Assembly (NCBI GenBank): GCA_902774395.1
Contig: CACYIK010000004.1
Span: forward strand, 30,932-94,931
DNA length: 64,000 nt
DNA from: an uncultured Bacteroidota bacterium
Lineage (GTDB): Bacteria > Bacteroidota > Bacteroidia > Bacteroidales > P3
Reading direction: 5' to 3'
Shown: positions 27,924 through 36,527 of the stretch, piece after piece
Numbering within the stretch: position 1 is the first letter of the stretch
Layout: every line of letters starts with the position of its first letter
Notes under the pieces: model-generated
Told to the model about the DNA's origin: nothing
Database searches by the model: none
Seen by the model: the letters and a program-made list of their open reading frames with translations, nothing else
Translations under genes and position numbers: made by a program

Positions 27924-28891
27924 AACGCCATTCAATTATCCTTGCAGCGGCCTCGCTGCTGCTGATAGCCTCATGCACCGCGCACTATGTGGCTACCGAC
28001 ACCGTGAAGCGCAACCTCGACGGCTCGCGTCAGATTCTCACCAGCGCCAACAACAGAGCCTCTTTCGACGGCTGGCGAAAGGACACTCTTGCCACCCCGC
28101 AGCCTTTCGACTTCCGAAGCGAGAAAGACACCATGCGCTACGCCTTCACCATCGGCATCGTCCGCAACGGATGGACAATGAAGTCCGACAGTCTGCCACG
28201 TATTCTGCAGCCCGAGGTGACCGTCAGCAAGAGTTTCCGCTGGTTCACCACCCGCTACCACTACACGGCCCGTTTCCCCCAGCTGGACAGCCTGCCCGTG
28301 CCCATCGACGACTACCTCACCCCCGACGAGCAACGGCTACTCTTCACCCCCAACGAGTTGCCCGCCGACTGGACCGGCACCGACCTATACAGCATGCTTG
28401 ACAAGCTGAACACCAAGTATGTAAAATGGTGGGACCATTGCCTCTTTGAGAAAGAGATGGAAACCTATTCCGCCCTCTGCGACAGCACACAACGGGCATT
28501 GCTAACCCAATACCACGACACGTTGCTAGCCCTAATCCTTGCCGACCTGCCTAACGAGCGCAAATCATTCGGGAACGTAGCACAGAACTTCCCCGAGCTG
28601 GACTTCATCGGAGACCTAGACCGCAACGACAACACACTGTCCTGGACTGCCTCCTTCTGGGCCTACGAACACTGGAACCTAGACGCACAAGTACTTTGGC
28701 GCGTCGTGCTACCAGGCGACCACATGGTAGAGCACATGGTCAGTGCCGACCGCATGATTATGGGTGACTACGTGATTGAGGAGTACGCAGACGTCGTCAA
28801 CTGGTGGGCTTGCGCCCTGACGCTGATAGTGCTTGCCGGCGGATGCCTACTGGCAAAACGTAAGCTATCGAGAAAGATCAGAGAAATCTAG
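27920..28891 (+). CDS. hypothetical lipoprotein with a C-terminal TM anchor
   Basis: 323 aa. Lipobox LLLIASC, C-terminal TM helix WWACALTLIVLAGGCLLA followed by KRK. 4-nt overlap with the anti-sigma candidate. No family recognised. Confidence 0.5.
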   Translation: MKRHSIILAAASLLLIASCTAHYVATDTVKRNLDGSRQILTSANNRASFDGWRKDTLATPQPFDFRSEKDTMRYAFTIGIVRNGWTMKSDSLPRILQPEVTVSKSFRWFTTRYHYTARFPQLDSLPVPIDDYLTPDEQRLLFTPNELPADWTGTDLYSMLDKLNTKYVKWWDHCLFEKEMETYSALCDSTQRALLTQYHDTLLALILADLPNERKSFGNVAQNFPELDFIGDLDRNDNTLSWTASFWAYEHWNLDAQVLWRVVLPGDHMVEHMVSADRMIMGDYVIEEYADVVNWWACALTLIVLAGGCLLAKRKLSRKIREI

Positions 28892-31200
28892 CGTCTGTAG
28901 TCCTTCCACTTGTCGCAGTGGCGGGCGATGTCCTGACCCGTGGGGGTGTTGGCCAGATGCTGCATCAGGTAGGTATACTCATAGACACGTCGCAGGGCCT
29001 GGGCCTTGCGCTCGGGGTCGGCATAGGTCCGGAAAGCCTCTTTTCGCAGCCGCTGAGACTCTTTCTTGGCCTGACGGGCATAAGACATCACGGCGTCGTC
29101 GGCAGCCATGTAGGACTGCAAATAACGGTCGTCCCGCGGGTCTTCATCACCATACCAATCGGAGAGTTGTCCGTCGAAATAGTCGAAGCCGTAGCTCACC
29201 AAAGGCCAGCAACGTCCAGTGAACGACTCGTTCAGGTTGAACATATTGCTCAGCGCGATGGAGAGCGTCAGCAGGGCGTCGGCACGGTCGTCGGGACTTG
29301 CAGCCTCACGCGACTGGCGCTGCAAGTCGGCAAGACGCTTGGCGCTATTCACCTTATAGTTGTCGACATGCCACGTCTCCACCTCGCCATACTCGAAGGG
29401 GTCGAAGCGCATATACTCGTCCGTATTGAGGCATTGCTGATACTGGGGGCTGACCTTTGCCAGCCAGCGATAGGCCTCCTCATAGCGCAGCTCGCGCAGC
29501 AGGTGGGTGCCTATAATGTCGTACCAGTAGTCTTTCTCCACATATCCGCGCTCGTTGAGCCACTGTCCCATCTTGTCGGACGGCTTCACCACCTGCTGCC
29601 AGTAGCCGGCCAGCTTGTCGGCCTTCATCAGGTCGACACGCAAGAAGAGGCGGTTGCTGAAGTCGTGCATGTTGTATCCAGGGTAGAACTGATAGCGGAA
29701 GTTCCAAGGTAACCACGTTATATCACTGAAGTCCAATTTTGTGCGGAGAACAGCTCTCACCACCGTAGGACCATAGCCGTCGTAGCTTCTCGTCTCATCA
29801 TCAATCCAGTCATACTCCACAGACAATGGTCCCGGGGTGCGGAATGCTTTGAGCACCGAATTACCCGTCAGTTGGAAGAAGCGGTTGTCGGCCATATTGG
29901 CCAACTGGAGGGCTCGGTTCGTACGGCCGGCAGCAGCGAAGCGGTCGGCAAGGCCACCCTTGCGCAGCACGATACGGCGCAGCGCGTCGTTGGCATAGAC
30001 GGTGCGGAAGCAGTTGTCATAGTCGCCGATATGAAGCATAATATAGCGGCTCGCGCTGTCGAGACCTTCCCATTCGACCTTCATGCGGCTGTCAAGCCAC
30101 TGCAGGTCGGCGAAGAGCCGCTGCTCGTAGCGGGCGTCGATGGCGTCGAGGCATGAGTGGAGGTAGATGCGCAGGGTACGGATGGAGGCGTTGAGGAAGT
30201 CGTCCGTCGAAGTCAGCCCCTCCACCATCGCCAAGGCCTCGCGCTGGCGGCCCATGTGGTCGAGCAGACAGGCGGCGACGTAGCGCCACATAGGTTGGTT
30301 CTTCACTCGCGGGTCCTTGCCGGCGCGGGTGGCCACGTCAAGCAGGCGCCGCAGCTGGAGAGAGTCGAGGGCGTAGGAAGAGAAACGGTTGTCGACGGTG
30401 TAGTTCTCCACCACGAAGAGGACCCTTTGCAAAGCCATGGGGAAGAAGGGGGAGTTGGGGCGGTAGCGCATCACCTGCTCGAAGACCGCCACCTTGTCGT
30501 CTTGGATGAGCTGCAGCGAGGCGGCATCGCCAAGACGCGAATAGATGTCCACAGCCTCCTGCTTGCGTCCCATGCGGTTCAAACAGGCGGCAAGGTAACC
30601 CTCGGCCTGGTCTCGCAGGAAGCCTTTTTTCAGAACACCCTGGCGTTTCTTCCACAGTGCCTCGCAGTCCTCGTTGCGTCCACTGCGGTAGAGGCATTTC
30701 ATGGCCAGCAGCAGGTAGCGGTCGGCATAGCGTCCCTTCGCTTGGGAAGCCACGGCGACAATCTTGTCGATGTCGAGGCCACCGTCGTCCATGCCGCAGC
30801 CGTAATACCAGGGCGAACGCATCTGCTCGCTCCACTGCTCATAGTATTTGCTCCACACCAGCAGGCGTACAGCGTCGTTGTCTTTATTGGCAATAAGTTT
30901 GCGGCAGAAAGCGTTGCCGCAGTCTTCGCCACGCTCCACACGCTGCCAGTCGGCCAGATTGAATTCGTAAATTGCCTGGCGCACCTCTTCGTACTTCGTC
31001 CCCGGCACCGCCTCCATCCAGAGGCGGCAGTTGGCCTGCATGCGGCCGTCGGCGGGCTCTTTGAGTTCAGCATAATAGGGCAGCAGACGATAGAGGTCGT
31101 AGTCGGCGGGGAGGACGATGGGGCCGGGGCCGCAGGCCACGGCACGCAGCGCGCAAAACAGCAACAATGTACTAACGGCTATAAATCTCTTCAATCTCAT
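28888..31200 (-). CDS. large conserved hypothetical secreted protein
   Basis: 770-aa ORF with a signal peptide (LLLFCALRAVAC) and helical-repeat-like composition. No motif recognised. Confidence 0.55.
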   Translation of the reverse strand: MRLKRFIAVSTLLLFCALRAVACGPGPIVLPADYDLYRLLPYYAELKEPADGRMQANCRLWMEAVPGTKYEEVRQAIYEFNLADWQRVERGEDCGNAFCRKLIANKDNDAVRLLVWSKYYEQWSEQMRSPWYYGCGMDDGGLDIDKIVAVASQAKGRYADRYLLLAMKCLYRSGRNEDCEALWKKRQGVLKKGFLRDQAEGYLAACLNRMGRKQEAVDIYSRLGDAASLQLIQDDKVAVFEQVMRYRPNSPFFPMALQRVLFVVENYTVDNRFSSYALDSLQLRRLLDVATRAGKDPRVKNQPMWRYVAACLLDHMGRQREALAMVEGLTSTDDFLNASIRTLRIYLHSCLDAIDARYEQRLFADLQWLDSRMKVEWEGLDSASRYIMLHIGDYDNCFRTVYANDALRRIVLRKGGLADRFAAAGRTNRALQLANMADNRFFQLTGNSVLKAFRTPGPLSVEYDWIDDETRSYDGYGPTVVRAVLRTKLDFSDITWLPWNFRYQFYPGYNMHDFSNRLFLRVDLMKADKLAGYWQQVVKPSDKMGQWLNERGYVEKDYWYDIIGTHLLRELRYEEAYRWLAKVSPQYQQCLNTDEYMRFDPFEYGEVETWHVDNYKVNSAKRLADLQRQSREAASPDDRADALLTLSIALSNMFNLNESFTGRCWPLVSYGFDYFDGQLSDWYGDEDPRDDRYLQSYMAADDAVMSYARQAKKESQRLRKEAFRTYADPERKAQALRRVYEYTYLMQHLANTPTGQDIARHCDKWKDYRR

Positions 31201-32104
31201 CGTAGCTGTACTTTGAAAGGTTCAACGAATCGAGGTGATAGAGTATGGTGACACGCTCGCCGCCACGCTCGGGCATTTCTTTCCACAAATGGCGCATCTG
31301 CTCCATCTCGCCCCACTCCTCACGGACCACCAGGCCGTCGGAATCTCTTCCCAGTTCCGCCGAGTTAACGAGGTGTGAGAACTGGCCGCCGTCCTTGAAG
31401 GCCACCCCCCAGCCGAAGACCGGCCAGACAAGGGTCATGTCCTGCAGACGGCCGGTGGTGAGTCTCGAAAGATACGGCGCCACATCGTCGTAATCAAGGA
31501 TAGAGTTGCGCGTCTTCGGCGACCGCAGGTTACCGGTGTTGTAGAGCATGAGCGTTTTGTTGTCGACCTCCAGGCTGTCGAGCCGAGGCTCGATCTGGTG
31601 CAGACGTACCGTCGAGCTGAGGCGGATGCCGCGCTCGTGGAGCATCTCCTGCAAGTAATGGCAGAAGCGGTAGTATTCATCCTTGGTGCGCTCGGTCCAG
31701 TCGCAGTCTACCTGCAGTTCCTTCACCTCGAAGCCCTTGCATTCGGCCATCTTCAGCACACGCTCGACAATCTTCCGTCCTATCGCCTCACTTTCCCAAT
31801 ACATCTTGTCCATGGCCTCGTTGGTGATATACACCACGGGAACAATCTCCATGCCGTCGGGCAGCACCTGCAAGAAGCGGGTCGTGGCAATGGGTGCCGC
31901 TGTCTCGGTCTCGTGCACGTCGACATCGAAGAGGTGCAGATAGAGGCGCGTCACATGGTGGTCGCGCAACCAGTCGAGCTCATACTGCGTGGGGTTGTAC
32001 GTGGTCTTCCAATGATAGATAGCCCTGACGGGCTCTTTCTCCTGCGAGCAAGCCACCATCAGGAGGAAGCAGAGCACAGGGAAAAGGAGTGCACGGTTTT
32101 TCAT
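31172..32104 (-). CDS. hypothetical lipoprotein
   Basis: 310 aa. Lipobox FLLMVACSQ. Overlaps the downstream 770-aa gene by 29 nt (co-transcribed). No family recognised. Confidence 0.55.
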   Translation of the reverse strand: MKNRALLFPVLCFLLMVACSQEKEPVRAIYHWKTTYNPTQYELDWLRDHHVTRLYLHLFDVDVHETETAAPIATTRFLQVLPDGMEIVPVVYITNEAMDKMYWESEAIGRKIVERVLKMAECKGFEVKELQVDCDWTERTKDEYYRFCHYLQEMLHERGIRLSSTVRLHQIEPRLDSLEVDNKTLMLYNTGNLRSPKTRNSILDYDDVAPYLSRLTTGRLQDMTLVWPVFGWGVAFKDGGQFSHLVNSAELGRDSDGLVVREEWGEMEQMRHLWKEMPERGGERVTILYHLDSLNLSKYSYDEIEEIYSR

Positions 32105-32107
32105 TTC

Positions 32108-32587
32108 TCAGAGCTTATAGTTTTTCATCCGGTGCTCAGCGAGTGCCTCATAACGGGTACCCGGACGGCCATAGTTGGCGTAGGGATGGATGCTGATACC
32201 TCCGCGCGGGACGAAGAGGCCGACAACCTCGATATAGCGCGGATCCATCAGTTTGACGAGGTCGTCCATGATGATGTTCACGCAGTCCTCATGGAAGTCG
32301 CCGTGGTTGCGAAACGAGAAGAGGTACAACTTGAGACTCTTGCTCTCCACCATGCGCTGGTCTGGGATATAGAGAATCTTTATCTCGGCGAAGTCGGGCT
32401 GCCCAGTGATGGGACAGAGCGAGGTGAACTCGGGGCAGTTGAACTGCACCCAGTAGTCGCGCTCGGGATGGCGGTTTTCGAAAGCCTCGAGCACCTGCGG
32501 GGCATAGGTCTGAGGTATCTCGGCCTTGTGGCCTAACGACTGAAGATTGTCTTGTTCTCGGTTCATCTTTTTGTATTGTATCCCCAC
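32108..32587 (-). CDS. queF: NADPH-dependent 7-cyano-7-deazaguanine (preQ0) reductase
   Basis: Catalytic Cys context [14 protein letters not shown] and QueF motif [21 protein letters not shown]. Confidence 0.9.
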   Translation of the reverse strand: MGIQYKKMNREQDNLQSLGHKAEIPQTYAPQVLEAFENRHPERDYWVQFNCPEFTSLCPITGQPDFAEIKILYIPDQRMVESKSLKLYLFSFRNHGDFHEDCVNIIMDDLVKLMDPRYIEVVGLFVPRGGISIHPYANYGRPGTRYEALAEHRMKNYKL

Positions 32588-32627
32588 ACTTCATGTGGGG
32601 TTATTGAAAGGTTGTCCCTCCGGGACA

Positions 32628-33212
32628 TTATTGAATATTTAAAATCTTATGAATCTGCAATGAGAGTTTCCACTGGGGATGACCTTTGATGTAGTCGATG
32701 GCCTTGGCCGTAATCTCGGCGTTGCGCACGGGGTCGCCGGTGTCGCAGGGCTGCAGGAAACGGGCGTGGGTACACATGATGTCGGCATACATCGAAGGTT
32801 CCGTCTCGCCATCGTAGACCACTTTGATCTCGTCGACGATGGAGAGTTCCACCTTGGCCTCGCGACCGAGGAAGAGGTCCTTCGGCGAAAGGGTGATCCA
32901 GTCAACATTGGAGGGCAGTCGACGGGTGCCGTTGGTCTCCACGGCGACGAACCTGTCCTCGTCATGCAGGGCGTCGACAAGACTTTTGGTGAGTTGCAGC
33001 GATGGCTCGCCACCGGTGATGACCACGAGGCGGGCAGGATACTGTACCACCTCGGCCACAATCTCCTCGTCGCTCATCTCGGTGCCACTCTCGTGCTGCG
33101 TGTCACAGAATGGGCAACGCAGATTGCAGCCGCTCAGCCGCACGAAGACGGCGGCGGTGCCGGCATAGTAGCCTTCACCCTGCAAACTGTAGAATATCTC
33201 GTTGACTTTCAT
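32628..33212 (-). CDS. queE: 7-carboxy-7-deazaguanine synthase (radical SAM)
   Basis: IFYSLQGEG and radical-SAM cluster CNLRCPFCDT. Lies in the que operon. Confidence 0.9.
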   Translation of the reverse strand: MKVNEIFYSLQGEGYYAGTAAVFVRLSGCNLRCPFCDTQHESGTEMSDEEIVAEVVQYPARLVVITGGEPSLQLTKSLVDALHDEDRFVAVETNGTRRLPSNVDWITLSPKDLFLGREAKVELSIVDEIKVVYDGETEPSMYADIMCTHARFLQPCDTGDPVRNAEITAKAIDYIKGHPQWKLSLQIHKILNIQ

Positions 33213-33230
33213 ACTTTTCTTTACTCTGGG

Positions 33231-33362
33231 GTAGTTAAAGAAGTTAAAGGAAGTTATCGCTCGCTACGCTCGCTAGTAGTTAAAGCCGATAGTACCGTCT
33301 CTGGTGCAGAATAATGCATTTGTCCTTTAACTACTTTAACTACCTTGACTACTTTAACTACC
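33231..33362. repeat. stutter-word hairpin inside the que operon (queD-queE spacer)
   Basis: Left arm GTAGTTAAAGAAGTTAAAGGAAGTTAT...AGTAGTTAAAGCC (33231-33286). Right arm CCTTTAACTACTTTAACTACCTTGACTACTTTAACTACC (33324-33362), with 9-nt words that are the reverse complement of the left-arm words. Confidence 0.85.
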
Positions 33363-33367
33363 TAAAA

Positions 33368-33700
33368 TCAATCGATCTCGTACGTGGCGATATTGCCGGT
33401 GGTCTCCTGGACGTCGACGCGGTAGCAGTTGGGCACCTGCTGCTGGCACCAGTGGGCGATATTCTCGGCCGTGGGGTTGCAGCCTATCACGTCATTGATG
33501 ACCTGGTGGTCGAGACGGTCGACAATCTGGCTCTTGATCTTGGAGAAGTCCACCACCATACCGTTATGGTTCAACTCGCGAGCCTTGCAATAGATAGTGA
33601 TCTGCCAGTTGTGGCCGTGCAGCTGGGTGCACTTGCTCGGATAATCCAGTTCCAAGCGGTGGGCACCGGAGACTTCAATATGCTTGGTTACGTAATACAT
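33368..33700 (-). CDS. queD: 6-carboxy-5,6,7,8-tetrahydropterin synthase
   Basis: 110 aa. PTPS-family motifs (SGAHRL, LHGHNW). Lies in the que operon. Confidence 0.88.
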   Translation of the reverse strand: MYYVTKHIEVSGAHRLELDYPSKCTQLHGHNWQITIYCKARELNHNGMVVDFSKIKSQIVDRLDHQVINDVIGCNPTAENIAHWCQQQVPNCYRVDVQETTGNIATYEID

Positions 33701-33736
33701 ATTTTTTTTGTAGTTAAGTAGACAGTAGTTAAGTAG

Positions 33737-34402
33737 TTAAGCCAATTGCCCCGTCTCATATTCCGTGGGGTCGGGGATGCCGGCTTCGCGGAAGGCTTCT
33801 TTACGCTCGGTGCAGGTACCGCAGGTGCCACAGTGCTTTTCGCCACCACGGTAGCATGAGTAGGTATGGCCATAGTCGATGCCGAGGGCTGCGCCGCGAC
33901 GCACCAGGTCGGCCTTGGAAAGATTCGTATAGGGCGCCGCAATTTCCACATTGACATAGGTCCCAGCCCGCATGGCAGCATCCATGGCCTCGATAAACTC
34001 GGGACGGCAGTCAGGGTAGATGGCGTGGTCGCCGCCATGGTTGGCTATCAGCACACGCTTCAGTCCGCGGCTCTCGGCCAACCCACAGGCGATAGAGAGC
34101 ATGATGCCATTGCGGAACGGCACCACGGTGCTCTTCATGTTCTCTTCGTCATAGTTGCCGCTAGGGATAGCTTCGGCGCCACTGAGCAGCGACGACTGGA
34201 AATAGCGGCTCATGAAGCCCAGCTCTATCACCAGGTGCTCGATATTCAGCAGGGCACAATGATGGCGCGCACAGGCAATCTCGCGTGCAGCGTGGTTGCT
34301 GCCGTAATCGAAGGTAACAGCGAGCGCGACCCGTTCACGCTCCTCATAGAGCAGCGTGGTCGAGTCGAGCCCGCCGGAATAGATGATTACAGAATCTCTC
34401 AT
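33737..34402 (-). CDS. queC: 7-cyano-7-deazaguanine synthase
   Basis: PP-loop YSGGLDSTTL and C-terminal Zn cluster CYRGGEKHCGTCGTCTERKEAF. Confidence 0.93.
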   Translation of the reverse strand: MRDSVIIYSGGLDSTTLLYEERERVALAVTFDYGSNHAAREIACARHHCALLNIEHLVIELGFMSRYFQSSLLSGAEAIPSGNYDEENMKSTVVPFRNGIMLSIACGLAESRGLKRVLIANHGGDHAIYPDCRPEFIEAMDAAMRAGTYVNVEIAAPYTNLSKADLVRRGAALGIDYGHTYSCYRGGEKHCGTCGTCTERKEAFREAGIPDPTEYETGQLA

Positions 34403-35103
34403 TTCAGATAATACTCCACGGTGGTCACCACACGGACTTTCTTAATCTGCGGGGTGTTCTCGTCAAGGTCCTCGACATCGAAGTAGCCCTGCGAGGCAGT
34501 GCGCATCTTGCCAATCTCGCTACCCGAGTTCTTGGCGAACTCGTCGGCGGCCGAGCGGGCATTCTTCAAACTCTCGGCAATCATCGAGGGCTTGATATCG
34601 TTCAAGCCGTGATACTCGTAGTTGGCGTAGGTGCTGCTGATGATGTCCTTCTTGAGCAGCTCGGCATCGATCTTCTTCTGCAGCGAGCCCACGAGGTCCA
34701 TCTTCGAGGTGAAGACATTGATGGTCTGGTTGGCGTTGTAGCGGAAGCGGATATTGGAGGTGTAGTAACTGTCGAAACGGTCGTTGAAGTGGGCCGAGGT
34801 GTACTTGATCTCGTCGTCGGTGAAGCCAGCCTGCTTGAGGAGAGCGATGATCGTCTGGTCGTTGCGGTCCATACGGCTACGGAGGTCGGGCAACTCGTTG
34901 TCCTGCTCGCTGTAGCTGATACGCAGCACCACACGGTCAGCAGGCACTTCTTTCTCGCAGAGGCCACGGACAGTCACGGTGTCGTCGTAGGATTTGAGGG
35001 TCTTGATGGTGCAGACCATAAAGATACCCAGCACGAGGGCCGCCAACACAAGGCTAACGCCCAGGATGATGTTCTTCTTGAACAGACATTTGTTTTCTTC
35101 CAT
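34399..35103 (-). CDS. SIMPL-domain (DUF541-like) membrane-anchored protein
   Basis: 234 aa. N-terminal TM helix, then a pattern typical of SIMPL proteins (VTVRGLCEKEVPADRVVLRISY ... ASQGYFDV). 4-nt overlap with queC. Confidence 0.6.
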   Translation of the reverse strand: MEENKCLFKKNIILGVSLVLAALVLGIFMVCTIKTLKSYDDTVTVRGLCEKEVPADRVVLRISYSEQDNELPDLRSRMDRNDQTIIALLKQAGFTDDEIKYTSAHFNDRFDSYYTSNIRFRYNANQTINVFTSKMDLVGSLQKKIDAELLKKDIISSTYANYEYHGLNDIKPSMIAESLKNARSAADEFAKNSGSEIGKMRTASQGYFDVEDLDENTPQIKKVRVVTTVEYYLK

Positions 35104-35184
35104 GATATTGCTTTTTAATACATTCTTAAGTATTTCCTTAACGTCATTTCTTTCATTTTATTACCCCGAGTCAAAAAAAGTTTG

Positions 35185-35192
35185 TATCTTTG
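35185..35192 (+). promoter_or_regulatory. Bacteroidota -7 promoter box (TAnnTTTG) for sstT
   Basis: TATCTTTGCA 26 nt upstream of ATG 35218. Confidence 0.5.
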
Positions 35193-35217
35193 CACCCCCA
35201 AACAAAAACAATCTATC

Positions 35218-36447
35218 ATGAATTTTGCCGTCAAGATCTTGAATAAATATACCAATACCAGCCTGATGCTAAGGATTTTCATCGGACTGGTGATAGGTGC
35301 CGCCATCGGACTGCTGCTGCCGCAGTGGACTGGCATCGCCATCCTTGGGAAGATGTTTGTCAGCGCCCTGAAAGGCATCGCGCCGGTGTTGGTGGCGGTG
35401 TTGGTGATGTCGTCGGTAGCCAAAGCCGGCAAAGGCTACGGACGCCGCTTCACATCGCTGATATGCATCTACCTGCTCTCCACATTCATCGCCGCCGTCT
35501 GCGCCGTGGTGGGCAGTTTTCTGTTCCCGGTGACGCTCGATCTCGGCGAGGCCGCACAGGTCGACTCCAGCGTGGGCTCGCTGGCCGACGTGTTCGCCAA
35601 CCTGCTCACCTCCATGGTGGCCAACCCCGTGGCAGCCATTGCCAACGCCAACTACATCGCCATCCTCTTCTGGAGCATCGTCATTGGCATCTCGCTGAAG
35701 ACCATGGCCTCGAAGGCCACCGTCAACGTAGTACACGACCTCTCCGCGGTGGTCACCAAGGTGGTGCGGTGGGTCATCCAGTTCGCCCCCTTCGGCATTT
35801 TAGGTCTGGTCTTCTCCACCGTCAGCGAGAACGGCCTGACCGTCTTCTCCACCTACGGCCACCTGATACTCCTGCTGGTGGGTTGCATGCTCACCAACGC
35901 ACTCATCTTCAACCCTCTCATAGCTTTCATCCTGACCAAGAAGAACCCCTACCCGCTCCTCTTCACCTGTCTGAAGGAGAGTGGCCTGCAGGCTTTCTTC
36001 ACACGCTCTTCGGCGGCCAATATCCCCATCAATATGGCGCTCTGCAAGAAGCTGGGATTGGATGAGGACTTCTACTCCGTGAGTATCCCGCTGGGCGCCA
36101 CCATCAATATGGACGGCGCGGCGGTCACCATCACCGTCTTCGCCCTAGCGGTGGCCCACACCGTGGGTGTCGACGTCACCTTCGCCTCGGCCCTGTTCCT
36201 GGGCATCATCGCCACCCTCGGCGCCTGCGGCGCCTCGGGCGTGGCCGGCGGTAGCCTGCTGCTCATCCCCATGGCCTGCTCCTTCTTCGGCATCGGCAGC
36301 GACATAGCCATGCAGGCCGTCGCCATCGGCTTCATCGTCGGCGTCGTCCAAGACTCCGTCGAGACCGCCCTCAACTCCAGCGGCGACGCCTTCTTCACCG
36401 CCACCGCCGAACAGCACGACAGGGCAAAAGTAAAAAGTAAAAACTAA
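35218..36447 (+). CDS. sstT: serine/threonine transporter SstT (DAACS family)
   Basis: Polytopic membrane protein with sodium:dicarboxylate symporter motifs (TRSSAANIPI, ATINMDGAA). The start was moved to ATG 35218 because 35182 lies inside the promoter box. The last codons (DRAKVKSKN) fall in a GTAAAAG word array. Confidence 0.88.
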   Translation: MNFAVKILNKYTNTSLMLRIFIGLVIGAAIGLLLPQWTGIAILGKMFVSALKGIAPVLVAVLVMSSVAKAGKGYGRRFTSLICIYLLSTFIAAVCAVVGSFLFPVTLDLGEAAQVDSSVGSLADVFANLLTSMVANPVAAIANANYIAILFWSIVIGISLKTMASKATVNVVHDLSAVVTKVVRWVIQFAPFGILGLVFSTVSENGLTVFSTYGHLILLLVGCMLTNALIFNPLIAFILTKKNPYPLLFTCLKESGLQAFFTRSSAANIPINMALCKKLGLDEDFYSVSIPLGATINMDGAAVTITVFALAVAHTVGVDVTFASALFLGIIATLGACGASGVAGGSLLLIPMACSFFGIGSDIAMQAVAIGFIVGVVQDSVETALNSSGDAFFTATAEQHDRAKVKSKN

Positions 36448-36459
36448 AAGGTAAAAGGT

Positions 36460-36508
36460 AAAAAAAGAAGGCTGACACAATGTTGATTGTGTCAGCCTTC
36501 TTTTTTTT
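36460..36508. terminator. bidirectional intrinsic terminator between sstT (+) and hutU (-)
   Basis: Perfect 14-bp stem GAAGGCTGACACAA / TTGTGTCAGCCTTC (36467-36480 / 36487-36500), flanked by an A7 run upstream and a T8 run downstream. Confidence 0.8.
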
Positions 36509-36527
36509 GAGTTCTTACCTCTTAGTT

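Noticed and set aside
32588-32627. Possible preQ1 riboswitch in the queE-queF spacer. The minus-strand RNA has hairpins GUCCC-GGA-GGGAC and CCCCACA-UGAAG-UGUGGGG, followed by an A-rich tail AUACAAUACAAAAAGAUG.
   Set aside because: The context (que operon, A-rich tail before the start codon) is tempting. However, the 5-nt loop cannot form the P2 pseudoknot with the tail, and the conserved loop residues of preQ1-I are not evident. It is more likely simple stem-loops. An Rfam covariance-model scan would settle it.
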